Part shown: piece by piece, positions 19,708 to 29,671 of the stretch
Layout: each line of letters starts with the position of its first letter
Numbering within the stretch: the first letter of the stretch is position 1
NCBI GenBank assembly: GCA_965229445.1
Contig: OZ245876.1
Span: 2,128,099 to 2,192,098 of the forward strand
Direction: 5' to 3'
Origin: Owenweeksia sp.
Lineage (GTDB): Bacteria; Bacteroidota; Bacteroidia; Flavobacteriales; Schleiferiaceae
DNA: 64,000 bases
The notes under the pieces: model-generated
The model's input: only the letters and a program-made list of their open reading frames with translations
What the model was told of the DNA's origin: nothing
Database searches by the model: none
Program-made: the position numbers and the translations under genes

Positions 19708-22104
19708 TTAGCGATAAAAGGATTCGCAATAGGATCCTATTGGTGATCCCATGGGTAATTCCGGGACAGTATAAGGTTTTACATGGCCAGGATTAAGAAA
19801 GAAATTTTCTATTCTCCGTTGACAGGCCTGATCAAAAACTGATTTGACTTTCTTGCTGGCAAAATAAGCTTGGAGTTCTGTCAATTTACTTTCAAATACA
19901 CCTTGAACCTGAGGCAATACCTGGCTACTTTGGGATAAGCTCATAAAGAGATCAATAATAATATAGCTTGTATTTTGCTGAATACTTTCATAATAACTAT
20001 TCCCGCCAGATGCATCATACACCGTACTGGCCAAGAGAAGGTCCAGGGTTTCCTCTAAACCCAATTGTTTATCATCCAGAACATGTTGCTGATATAATCT
20101 AGAAACACGCTGCGGATGCAGCAATAGCTTCAATGTAAAGGAAGCGTTCATTCCTGCCGCACCGATGGCATCAAAAGCAAGGCCGGTTTGCCCGGTAAAA
20201 TTCTCACGTGTCTTGGTCCATGAAGAACGAGGAGGAAAAAGCGATAATTGAGATTTCGGAATTGCGAGTTCCGAGGGTGAAATGCTTTTCAAAATAGTGG
20301 ATAGAGCTGAAAGCTGATCAGCTTTAGGTAATATTTTGGCCGGTGCACCACCATCACCTTTGGTCGCATAGTGGTATTCCATTCCCGCAACGCACTTCAC
20401 CGCGGCCTCAATTTGATAACGATGCATGAGGTAGATAGGAACAAAAAGATCTTCAAGAGAATTTATCGCTTCCCCTTCCTGAATGTTATCTATGGAGAAT
20501 TGCTTCATAGCCACTTCACGCACCGCCATAATATGTTCTAATTCAGCTACCGCATCGGAACCATTGTCCCAGCGGTGCGCGTTATTACTTGCTCCTCCGG
20601 GCACAACATCCATATCACTCAGGTTCTTAAAACCTTCCTTCAGGGCCGTATTGAGAATTGCTACCCTTTCGGCATGACTGCCATCCCCATAGGCATAGGC
20701 TGTGGCAATTTTATCCCAGGCTCCTATACCGCTGGCATAGGCTGCATCATAGCTTATTTCACCTTCCTCCAGTTCAAAAAGTGGGTGAGGATAGTCCATC
20801 ACCGAAGCTCTCTTATTGACGCTGGCAGCAAAATTGTGCTGAAACCCCAGGGTATGACCAATTTCATGTGCTGAAAGCTGACGAATTCTCGCAAGGGCCA
20901 TCTCCAGCATCATCTGTTCCTGCTCACGACCATTACCGTCGGCATAAGGCCTGTTGCTGATGGCCTTGGCGATCATAAAATCCTGCCGTACCCTTAAAGA
21001 ACCCAGGCTAACTTGTCCTTTAATAATCTCTCCCGTCCGCGGATCAACTATCGTCATGCCGTAGCTCCAACCCCTGGTAGACCTGTGAATCCATTGTACT
21101 ACATTATACCTGATATCTAAGGGATCTACTGTATCAGGCAATATTTTGATCTGAAAAGCATCTTTATAACCGATAGCTTCAAATGCCTGATTCCACCAGG
21201 AGCCTCCTTCCAATAAGGCAGAGCGAACCGGCTCTGGAGTACCATTATCCAGATAATATATGATAGGTTCCACGGCTTCTGAACTTTCCGCTCCAGGATC
21301 CTGCTTTTCCAATCGATGTCGTTCTATAAGTTGTTTTTGGAGGTTATCCGTGATTGGGGAGGCGTAATCGAAATAATTGAATTGAAATGATCCGCAATTT
21401 GGATGATGCTTTCTGGTTTTATAGCCTGCTTTAGGAAGCGCGATGAATGAATGATGCTGATAGGTGGTTACAAAATTTGCATTTGGAACAACATCCATGA
21501 GTTTATCACCGGTAGGCTTTCCTTTTAGGGTGATAATGGATTCAAATTCCACATTCCTGGGAAAGGCTCTGGTGCGTTCTAAATTTAATGCAGAGCGCGA
21601 AATATCAATACCATACGCCCCTTGATCACTGTCTTGCAACCGGTCTCCTACGCTTAATGCATCCTGCAATAAGAACGGCTTGAGGTCAATTTCATAACCT
21701 TTCCTGGTTTCAGCAATAATGGGAAAGCCAAATAAGATGCTCTTGCCAAAGGCCTGCTCCACCGATGCTTGTTCCAATGGATTGTTTGAGGTTGCGCGAA
21801 ATTTAAGGTTGGGTTGGACGAGGAGGATTTTATTTCCTGCCTTATGGAAATATACCAGTTGCTGCCTTCCAATTTGTCCTCTATCCAGGCCCAGGTCGTT
21901 ATTGCCAATACCATGACTTAAATAGGTTACATAGAGGAAATTGGAATCCAGGTGTTCTACTTCCAGTATCAGACTTTCCTCAGGCATGGATTCATTTGCC
22001 GTGGCTTGTTTTTCTGTGTAAGCGAAGTTGAAGAAACCCTGATATTCTTGGGCTGAGACTGAAAAATGAATTGCTAAGGATAATATTAGGATAGCTGTTC
22101 TCAT
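19708..22104 (-). CDS. Secreted zinc-dependent metalloprotease (DUF5117/DUF4953-type)
   Basis: HEIGHTLGFQHN zincin motif. Signal peptide MRTAILILSLAIHFSVSAQ from ATG 22104; the track start at 22161 is probably too long. Confidence 0.75.
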   Translation of the reverse strand: MRTAILILSLAIHFSVSAQEYQGFFNFAYTEKQATANESMPEESLILEVEHLDSNFLYVTYLSHGIGNNDLGLDRGQIGRQQLVYFHKAGNKILLVQPNLKFRATSNNPLEQASVEQAFGKSILFGFPIIAETRKGYEIDLKPFLLQDALSVGDRLQDSDQGAYGIDISRSALNLERTRAFPRNVEFESIITLKGKPTGDKLMDVVPNANFVTTYQHHSFIALPKAGYKTRKHHPNCGSFQFNYFDYASPITDNLQKQLIERHRLEKQDPGAESSEAVEPIIYYLDNGTPEPVRSALLEGGSWWNQAFEAIGYKDAFQIKILPDTVDPLDIRYNVVQWIHRSTRGWSYGMTIVDPRTGEIIKGQVSLGSLRVRQDFMIAKAISNRPYADGNGREQEQMMLEMALARIRQLSAHEIGHTLGFQHNFAASVNKRASVMDYPHPLFELEEGEISYDAAYASGIGAWDKIATAYAYGDGSHAERVAILNTALKEGFKNLSDMDVVPGGASNNAHRWDNGSDAVAELEHIMAVREVAMKQFSIDNIQEGEAINSLEDLFVPIYLMHRYQIEAAVKCVAGMEYHYATKGDGGAPAKILPKADQLSALSTILKSISPSELAIPKSQLSLFPPRSSWTKTRENFTGQTGLAFDAIGAAGMNASFTLKLLLHPQRVSRLYQQHVLDDKQLGLEETLDLLLASTVYDASGGNSYYESIQQNTSYIIIDLFMSLSQSSQVLPQVQGVFESKLTELQAYFASKKVKSVFDQACQRRIENFFLNPGHVKPYTVPELPMGSPIGSYCESFYR

Positions 22105-22272
22105 GGTCGGTCTGTTTATGCAAGGTATGTATTTGGGCATTGCCGCATGGTTGATTGACAAGTTATGCTAAATTACAGTGAAGCGTAGACCGGGTTAAGA
22201 AGAATGCCCAACCCGATTCATGGCAATATCGTATAAAGCCAAGGCGTTGATGTATTACAATCACGGCTTAGA

Positions 22273-24507
22273 TCAAGCGGGTTCTGCATTTAACAATAAG
22301 GCCAGCTTTCTACCATATTCAATGAATGCGACGGTCTCATCAGTGCGGGCTAGCTTTATTTTATCAAAAATGATAATTGACTCACCATTGCTTTCTAAGT
22401 GATAGATCTGATTTTCTTCAAAGAATCGTATAATGTCGTCGGTAAAAAAAGACCTGATCTCCGATTCATTGTTACCCATCAGTAAAAACTTGCTTGAAAA
22501 GTCCGGATACATTTCAAAATCAATGTCCTTATAGCCGGTGAAGGCCATCACCCGGTCGAATATCCGCTCAAACACTCTTTCTTTTTCCATTGAGAATATT
22601 GGTATTCTCTTATTCAACTTAAGCACCATTAAGGTGGTATTGAAAGTTTCTGCGGTAAAGGCCTGGCCTTCATTAAAAGTTACGTCTGCTATTTCCCATG
22701 ATACATTCAAATCTTTAAAATCACCTGAAAGGCAGTTATACTTGCGTTCGATCGGCCTGATTTCGAAAAAGTGAAATTTCTTGAGGTAACTTGTATTCCA
22801 ATCCACCTGACTGGTAAATTGATAATCATTTTCAGTAGCTAGATTCCGAAGGCGTTTTTGCCGAGGTGATAATTTGGCCGTAGAACCAATCAAGCTGATT
22901 TTCAAAGCTCTGTTGTAGGTAGAGGAGGAAACATGGGAATCCAAACCAGTGATATATACCTGGCCTCCCGTATCCCTTTGCGTTTTTAAAAATTCCACCA
23001 GGTAATCCATATAAGTCATCCCTACCAGTCTGGTTTCTGAAAGATTTATATTGACATTAGCTCCTGCCGGTACCTGCTCAGTTAATTTACTAAGCTTTAA
23101 AATCCCCAGAAAGTTAGCTATTCCTCTAATTTTTAAATCATAACTCCCATCCGGATGCTTAATGAGCTTGGTTCGCGAATTATAAATCATCCTGAAGAAT
23201 TGTGGAATTGGCAACCTCGCCAATAAGATATGGGTTACCAAAGCTAGAAGCAATCCTCCGAGCAAACCGGTGAGCAAGTTGGTATATAAGGTTAAAACCA
23301 TAGTCCCTATGAAGAATATGAGTTGCTCAGTACCGTGGTTATATGCTTGTTTGAACACCGCTGGAGAGGCCAGTTTAAATCCGGTATAAACCAGAAGAAT
23401 GGCAAATGCACACAAGGGCACTTGCCTCATCACCGGACTTAAAACCACAATGAAAAGCAGCAGCAAAAGACCCTGATACATATTGGACCACTTGGTTTTA
23501 GCACCGTTATGGATGTTAACCGTGCTTCTGATAATGACGGCGATGATCGGCAAACCCCCAAGCATACCGGCTACTACTGTGCTTAACCCGATTCCTGTTA
23601 AATCCTTATTCAAATCTGTCTTTCGTTTATAAGGATCAATCTTATCCACTGCTTTGGCTATGGCAAGAGACTCTATGCTCGTTATAAAGAGCATGGAAAA
23701 AACGGTGGTCCAAAACTCAATTGTATGGATTTTGCCAAAATTTGGATGCATGACTGAATCCATGATATTATCAGGAATATCAAGCAGCAGATGAGGCCCT
23801 ACTTCATATGCTCTGCCAAAGAAGGACAGGGTATGATCATCGAAAAAATTAAAGGCATAAGCAAAGGGTATGGACAAGGCAATAACCCACATTGGGGTGG
23901 GTAATATGTGGAAGAAGCGGTAGCTGATCTTATTATGAAAAAGGAGAAGCAATAAGCCGGTTAAGGAAATAATCACCACAAAGGGGTTTGCTTCCGGGAT
24001 GCTAAGAACAGCATCGATAAGGTTTTGAACGATTTTCGGACTGTCGGAATGCGTGCCCATGGCCACATGGATCTGCTTAGCAACTATGATTATTCCGATG
24101 GCTGCTAAAATCCCATTAATCACCGAAGTGTGAAATATGTTTGCCAGGCGACCTAGTTTCAAGAGACCTAACACAGCTTGCAAGGCCCCTGAAATGACTA
24201 CAGCGGCTAAGACATAGTTAAAGGCTTGACCTGACCCATCATCCATTAGGGTAATGCCTAACAGAATTACCCCAATTACCCCTTTGGCGGGACCGTTTAC
24301 AGAAATGTGGCCGCCTCGATAAAGAGTGGTTATGACTCCACCAATAATGGCCGAAAGAATACCAGACATGGCCGGTGCACCGGCGGCCAGGGCAATACCA
24401 AGGGAAAGGGGTAGCGCAATGAGCGCCACACTCACGCCCGCGATTAAATCGCTTTGCCAGTTCTCTACTAATCCCTTAATACCTTCCTTTGGTCTAGCTT
24501 CCATCAA
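22273..24507 (-). CDS. SulP-family anion transporter with extended C-terminal region
   Basis: N-terminus DLIAGVSVALIALPLSLGIALAAGAP is typical of SulP, with multiple TM helices and a STAS-like segment. About 190 extra C-terminal residues have no recognised family. Confidence 0.8.
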   Translation of the reverse strand: MMEARPKEGIKGLVENWQSDLIAGVSVALIALPLSLGIALAAGAPAMSGILSAIIGGVITTLYRGGHISVNGPAKGVIGVILLGITLMDDGSGQAFNYVLAAVVISGALQAVLGLLKLGRLANIFHTSVINGILAAIGIIIVAKQIHVAMGTHSDSPKIVQNLIDAVLSIPEANPFVVIISLTGLLLLLFHNKISYRFFHILPTPMWVIALSIPFAYAFNFFDDHTLSFFGRAYEVGPHLLLDIPDNIMDSVMHPNFGKIHTIEFWTTVFSMLFITSIESLAIAKAVDKIDPYKRKTDLNKDLTGIGLSTVVAGMLGGLPIIAVIIRSTVNIHNGAKTKWSNMYQGLLLLLFIVVLSPVMRQVPLCAFAILLVYTGFKLASPAVFKQAYNHGTEQLIFFIGTMVLTLYTNLLTGLLGGLLLALVTHILLARLPIPQFFRMIYNSRTKLIKHPDGSYDLKIRGIANFLGILKLSKLTEQVPAGANVNINLSETRLVGMTYMDYLVEFLKTQRDTGGQVYITGLDSHVSSSTYNRALKISLIGSTAKLSPRQKRLRNLATENDYQFTSQVDWNTSYLKKFHFFEIRPIERKYNCLSGDFKDLNVSWEIADVTFNEGQAFTAETFNTTLMVLKLNKRIPIFSMEKERVFERIFDRVMAFTGYKDIDFEMYPDFSSKFLLMGNNESEIRSFFTDDIIRFFEENQIYHLESNGESIIIFDKIKLARTDETVAFIEYGRKLALLLNAEPA

Positions 24508-24943
24508 TTTAACTATGCCCGGGTTGAAAAATTCGATCTCGGTCGTATAAAGTAGTAATTATTGGGAAATCCCAGCTTTGAACGTAGAGACAAAAGCTTA
24601 AAACTTATAAGTCTTTAATGGGAACGTTGACTCTAAGGAATTCGATTAGCAAGATTCAATAAGGAGAAAGATTAGGCTTTAGAAATACAGCTTTCCCAAC
24701 AATTGACTAGAATGTAATGCTAAAGAGAATGATTCATTTTTCCATTATATCTCATGGGTTTTAGAGGATCATTGCTTTGATACCTGGCCGTTTGAATTAT
24801 TATTCAATTTCGGGGCTACCACTCAGACCGAGTTATTACATCTCAGTTCACCATCTAGCTAGCTTGTATGTGGTAAAAAAAGCCTCACTATCGTGTTGTA
24901 AAGCTTTTCATTTTAGTGAGCTGGGAAATTATTGAAGATTTGT

Positions 24944-26911
24944 TCAGGCCTTCGAAACATAATACACGGTCATTGCCCCCTTTCCTTTTACATCAATCTT
25001 ACCCCTCTCTTCAAAATCCAGGTCGGTGTTATCTTTTAACAGATTATAAGTAGCCTCACTGATATTTACTTTACCAACAGACCCATGGCTCTCCATGCGT
25101 GCAGCAGTGTTCACTGTATCACCCCAGATGTCATATTGAAATTTCTTTACGCCAACAATACCTGCCACTACGGGACCGGTATGGATACCCACTCTCATCT
25201 GAAATGCGGGTCTTCCAAGAGCCTTCAACTTCTTGTGCCTGGCTTCAATAAAAGCTTGCATCTCAAGCGCCGCTTTCACCACATCCTTTGGTTCAGACGT
25301 CTTAGGATCATGAAGCCCACCCGCGGCCATGTACGCATCACCAATGGTCTTAATTTTTTCAATATTGTAGCTGTTGATAATCTCATCAAATGTTCTGAAG
25401 CAGGTATTGATCTCTTCCACCAACTCTTTTGCAGAAAGCTTTTCAGCGGTTTGAGTGAACGCCACAAAATCGGTAAACAATACCGTTACATCTTCAAAGT
25501 CTTTGGCTTCACTCTTACCATTCAGCTTGAGTTCTGCGGCAACTTCCTCCGGTAATATATTATGCAGCAATCTGTCTGACCGATCCCGTTCTTTTGATAT
25601 CAGGTCATGTGATTTACGCACGTACAGCCACCTACTGTAAAAGCCACCGGCAAGGATAAGAAACAGCACTCCACCGGCCAGTGACCAGTTTTTCGATTGC
25701 TGTTCCCTGCGCACCTCTTGCTGGTGCTGTTCTTCAATTATTCGGGCCTTTTCAATATTGGCAAGGCTATCCTCCAACATTAACTTTTGAAATTCCATTT
25801 TCTGAAGCTCCATGGCCGTTTCTTCATGATCCAATGAGTCTTCAATTTCTTGTAAGACTTCGTAGAACAGTAAGGCTTGGCCGGTATTTCCTACCGCCTT
25901 GTAGCTCTCATACAAACACTTGCATCCTTTCTTTTTCACTGCCAAGCCTTTGATTTTCACAGCCATGTCATACGCCTTGAGACAGTTTTTGATGGCCTGG
26001 ACGTACTGCTGCTGGTCATAAAAGTTTCGGCCAATATTGGAATAGGTTGAGGATACCCCGTGTTCATCACCAATAGTCTCTTTAATGCTCAAACTCTTTA
26101 GGTAATATTGATGAGCCTTATCAAATTCCTGCTTCTTACCATAGGCATTACCAATATTGTTTAAGGCATTGGCCAGTCCACCCTTATAATCGAGGCTGTC
26201 GAAAATATGGGCGCTATGCTTGAAGTAATTTAATGAAACTTCATGCTTCTCCAGGTCTAAATAGACATTTCCCATATTCCCGTATATAATGGCCTGCCTT
26301 AGTTTATCCGTTGGGTTCATCAGGTCAAGCGCCTTCTGAAAATATTCCAGAGCCTTGTCATAGTTCATTTGCCGGCTGTAAATGACCCCAATATTTCCTA
26401 AAGTGGTAACTATGCCATGGGAGTCGGCATGTTTCTCTTTATAAGCAAGGCTTAATTGGTAAAAACCAAGCGCCTTTGGATAATTACCCAGCTGCTTGTA
26501 CACCAGGCCGCAATTGTTGTGGATATCAGCCAAAGCCTGACCATCAGAAATTGTTTCATAGAGTTTTTCGCTTGTGGCATAATGTTTCAACGCATTAAAA
26601 TATTTTCCCGCCAGGTACTGGCAGTTACCCTTTAGGTATTCCCCTCTGGCCTGATAGGATAAATTATTTATTGTTTTGGCGTAATCCATCATTTGATCTG
26701 CCAGCTTCATGGCTGAGTCGGGTTGTGATCGCATAAATCCCTTTCTGAGGTAGGTATCGAAGGCTGCTAATCGCACAGAGTCTGGTTTGGTGTCATCTTG
26801 CCATACCTGGAAAAGAGAATCGAGTTGCGATGGCTGGGCTCGCAATGAGATGGCTGTAAAGACGAAAACTAGTGCGAGTAAAGCTAAAGTGAGCTTGGTT
26901 GATCGTGGCAT
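24944..26911 (-). CDS. TPR-repeat, single-TM class III adenylate/guanylate cyclase
   Basis: Signal/TPR N-half, a TM helix (WSLAGGVLFLILAGGFY), and a cyclase core with VTVLFTDFVAFT, KTIGDAYMAAGG, RVGIHTGPVVAGIVG and YDIWGDTVNTAARMES. Confidence 0.88.
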   Translation of the reverse strand: MPRSTKLTLALLALVFVFTAISLRAQPSQLDSLFQVWQDDTKPDSVRLAAFDTYLRKGFMRSQPDSAMKLADQMMDYAKTINNLSYQARGEYLKGNCQYLAGKYFNALKHYATSEKLYETISDGQALADIHNNCGLVYKQLGNYPKALGFYQLSLAYKEKHADSHGIVTTLGNIGVIYSRQMNYDKALEYFQKALDLMNPTDKLRQAIIYGNMGNVYLDLEKHEVSLNYFKHSAHIFDSLDYKGGLANALNNIGNAYGKKQEFDKAHQYYLKSLSIKETIGDEHGVSSTYSNIGRNFYDQQQYVQAIKNCLKAYDMAVKIKGLAVKKKGCKCLYESYKAVGNTGQALLFYEVLQEIEDSLDHEETAMELQKMEFQKLMLEDSLANIEKARIIEEQHQQEVRREQQSKNWSLAGGVLFLILAGGFYSRWLYVRKSHDLISKERDRSDRLLHNILPEEVAAELKLNGKSEAKDFEDVTVLFTDFVAFTQTAEKLSAKELVEEINTCFRTFDEIINSYNIEKIKTIGDAYMAAGGLHDPKTSEPKDVVKAALEMQAFIEARHKKLKALGRPAFQMRVGIHTGPVVAGIVGVKKFQYDIWGDTVNTAARMESHGSVGKVNISEATYNLLKDNTDLDFEERGKIDVKGKGAMTVYYVSKA

Positions 26912-27366
26912 GGCAGGAGACTAGATTGCTATTAAAGGTAATTAATCTGACTTAGCTATATGGATTTGATCTGCCATAATTGATGATGGGTTTCACTGAT
27001 GGTGGCCGCGATATTGAGTTTTTTCCCAGGCCAATGTATAGCCGCTTCCTCTAGCCAGCCCTCGCTTTATGCGCAATGTCTTGATGGTTGGGTGGCAGGG
27101 ATTGCTCTGTGATCCTTATCCCCTCCTCATTACCTATGAAAAGCTGTACCCCTTAACTTGTATGGATTATCCGCTGCGAAAGTGATCCTCTGCCCTTCAT
27201 GTTACCAATGTAATCACTCTATAGATTTCAAAGAAACGCCAATCCTAATTCCATTTTACTTTCACTTTGAAATAGTATACCTTGGCGAAAAGGAGACTTA
27301 ATTCGTAGAGCGTTGGCCTCTGCCGGATATACTTAAAATCACCAAACTTCACTTATATACTGCTTA

Positions 27367-28179
27367 ATGAAAGCTTTTGAAGGAAATCTGGATGTATTTG
27401 GATCCGTGTTTAACCGAGCTGTGAAGCATCACTATAAATTCGAACCAAAAGACTTGCATTCGATGATGATCATTGCAGATTCCAAAAATATTCAGACTCT
27501 TGACCAATTTGGAAGCAGATACTGCGAGGACAGAGTACAATTTATATATAATACCGAGTTCCTTTGGTCAAATCTTATCCAGCTTATTGACAATACTAAA
27601 CCAGATTTGTTGCTAATTCAAAGGCAGTTAGGAATGCATGCGGGTATTGAGTTTTCTTTGGGGCCATTATTGGTGAACCTGTCTCAGGAATTTGAAATTC
27701 CTATTCTCGTATTACCCAGTCATCAGAAAGCTTATGAAATAAAGACTGTTCTAGCAGGGTTTGATCACAAGATAGATAACAGTCATTTGGTGAACCATTC
27801 GCTCATGTTAAAAATGGACATGGAGAACTTGCTTCTGGTCCATATTGAAGAAGAAAGTGTTTTCAACTATTATATGGATGCTATTACCAAGATTCCAGGG
27901 ATAAATACGGACTATGCAAAAACCAATATCGAAAAGACCATTCTTGATTTATCCGGCGACTTCTTTGACGATGTGATTGAGAGTTTATCCAACAAAAGAT
28001 TTAAGGTGCATCAGTACTGCAGACTGGGAGATGTAGTAAAGGAATACCAGGCAATAGTCTCACAGCACAATGTTGATTTGATGGTTTTCGAGGCAGAAGA
28101 TGATTCTAAATTGGCGATGCACAGCTTGGGTCAATCCTTAGCTATACAATTTCCTCATATAGCAACATTGCTGGTATGA
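27367..28179 (+). CDS. Tandem universal-stress-protein (UspA)-like protein, degenerate nucleotide-binding motifs
   Basis: Two ~135-aa halves each end in a Usp-like pattern (DLLLIQRQLG...LGPLLVNLSQEFEIPILVLP and DLMVFEAEDD...LGQSLAIQFPHIATLLV). The G-x2-G-x9-G(S/T) ATP motif is not intact. Confidence 0.5.
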   Translation: MKAFEGNLDVFGSVFNRAVKHHYKFEPKDLHSMMIIADSKNIQTLDQFGSRYCEDRVQFIYNTEFLWSNLIQLIDNTKPDLLLIQRQLGMHAGIEFSLGPLLVNLSQEFEIPILVLPSHQKAYEIKTVLAGFDHKIDNSHLVNHSLMLKMDMENLLLVHIEEESVFNYYMDAITKIPGINTDYAKTNIEKTILDLSGDFFDDVIESLSNKRFKVHQYCRLGDVVKEYQAIVSQHNVDLMVFEAEDDSKLAMHSLGQSLAIQFPHIATLLV

Positions 28180-29552
28180 TTCCATTAAGTACACAATTAG
28201 GTCAGGTATCACAAGGAGTAACCTTTCTGTTTGTCTTCATTCTTGGACTGATGATTTTAGCCTTGGCCCTCGAAACTAAAATTCATGCACATAAGTCGGT
28301 AATCACAGGGGTCACCGCCGGACTGGCCTTGATCCTTGGACAAGCTCTCGGGATATTTGACGGCCTCGAGTCGCATAGCAGTCATATGAAGTTCTACATC
28401 AGTTTCATCGATTGGGGTGTGATTGCTATTATTCTCGGATCAAGTATATTCATTGATGTTACTTCCAAAAGTGGAATTTTCTCATGGTTAGCAATTAAAC
28501 TTACTAAAATGACCAAAGGAGATCCACTAGGGTTGCTCATCACCTACTCGGTGCTTACAGTGATATTTTCAGCATTGTTGAACAATGTTACGGCTATGTT
28601 GATCATTGGTTCGCTTACGGTAGTATCACTCAAAAATCTTGATCGTAATGACTTATTGCTCGGGTTTCTGCTATGTGAAGGTTTATTAACAAACATCGGG
28701 GGCTTATTGACGTTAATCAGTTCAGTACCAAACATCATTGTTGGAAATACTGCTGGCATTTCATTTGCTACCTTCTTCCTGATTTCTGCACCTTATGTGG
28801 TTATAGCTTCAGTAGTCACTATAATTATTTCCAGCAAACTGTTTAAAATTTCCTCACTTAATACCGAGGAAGAAAAAAATACTGCAGCCCTCCTGATCAA
28901 TGACTTTGACGAGAAGGAAGGAGTTTCTTCTGAATCATTTTTTGTACTTGGTTGGATTGCGTTTCTTTCATTTATCCTGATTCTAGCAACAACCGACCTC
29001 ATACCATATGTCAGACAGTTGGGAATTGGCTTTGTTGCGATGTCTTTCGGAGTGATTATGCTCTTAAAAATTAAGAATAAGACTGAGATCACATATCGTG
29101 TACTTGATTGGGATTTGTTGTTTTTCTTTGCTTTTCTCTTTGTTGTAATTGGTGTGATGGAACATGCTCAGGTTCTCAACCTGATAGGAGGATTTGTAGT
29201 GAAACTAATGGATTTGGGAAGTGAATCGGGACCGATTGCCTTACTATGGGCAAGTGCCATTGCCAGTTCCGTAACTGATAACATTCCCCTTGCTGCAATG
29301 CTGGCGAAGACCATGTCTTCACTTCCTGAATTTTCTCAGAATTTTTGGTGGTCAGTGATCTATGGGGCTAATCTTGGTGGAAATATCACACCAATTGGAA
29401 GCGCATCTACCGTTGTTGCAGTGACCGTCATCCAGAGGAATAATTTGAGCCTTTCCTTTATTCAATTTATAGTAAGGGCTTTGCCATTTGCAATCATACA
29501 GTTGATTTTAGCCAGCGGGTATGTTTATCTGATTGGATTGTTTCTGGCTTGA
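28176..29552 (+). CDS. ArsB/NhaD (citrate-transporter-like) superfamily permease
   Basis: 458 aa and polytopic. Motifs LNNVTAMLIIG, SSVTDNIPLAAMLA and YGANLGGNITPIGSAS. ATGA overlap with the upstream Usp-like gene. Confidence 0.7.
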   Translation: MIPLSTQLGQVSQGVTFLFVFILGLMILALALETKIHAHKSVITGVTAGLALILGQALGIFDGLESHSSHMKFYISFIDWGVIAIILGSSIFIDVTSKSGIFSWLAIKLTKMTKGDPLGLLITYSVLTVIFSALLNNVTAMLIIGSLTVVSLKNLDRNDLLLGFLLCEGLLTNIGGLLTLISSVPNIIVGNTAGISFATFFLISAPYVVIASVVTIIISSKLFKISSLNTEEEKNTAALLINDFDEKEGVSSESFFVLGWIAFLSFILILATTDLIPYVRQLGIGFVAMSFGVIMLLKIKNKTEITYRVLDWDLLFFFAFLFVVIGVMEHAQVLNLIGGFVVKLMDLGSESGPIALLWASAIASSVTDNIPLAAMLAKTMSSLPEFSQNFWWSVIYGANLGGNITPIGSASTVVAVTVIQRNNLSLSFIQFIVRALPFAIIQLILASGYVYLIGLFLA

Positions 29553-29627
29553 TATTTAGTAACAAAAATTAACGGCCATGAAACTTTGAATTGCATTAAC
29601 CTGATAGCCATATTGCCATCAATACAC

Positions 29628-29635
29628 TAGATTTG
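29628..29635 (+). promoter_or_regulatory. Candidate -7 box TAGATTTG upstream of the six-gene operon
   Basis: Matches TAnnTTTG, 37 nt upstream of ATG 29672 in a very AT-rich 120-bp gap. No convincing -33 element. Confidence 0.3.
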
Positions 29636-29671
29636 AATAATAACATTAATAAATTAATTTATAAATAATAT

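Noticed and set aside
24875-24921. Terminator downstream of the cyclase gene
   Set aside because: The 7-bp stem (CTCACTA/TAGTGAG) encloses a 23-nt loop before the U-tract. It is too weak to report as a feature.
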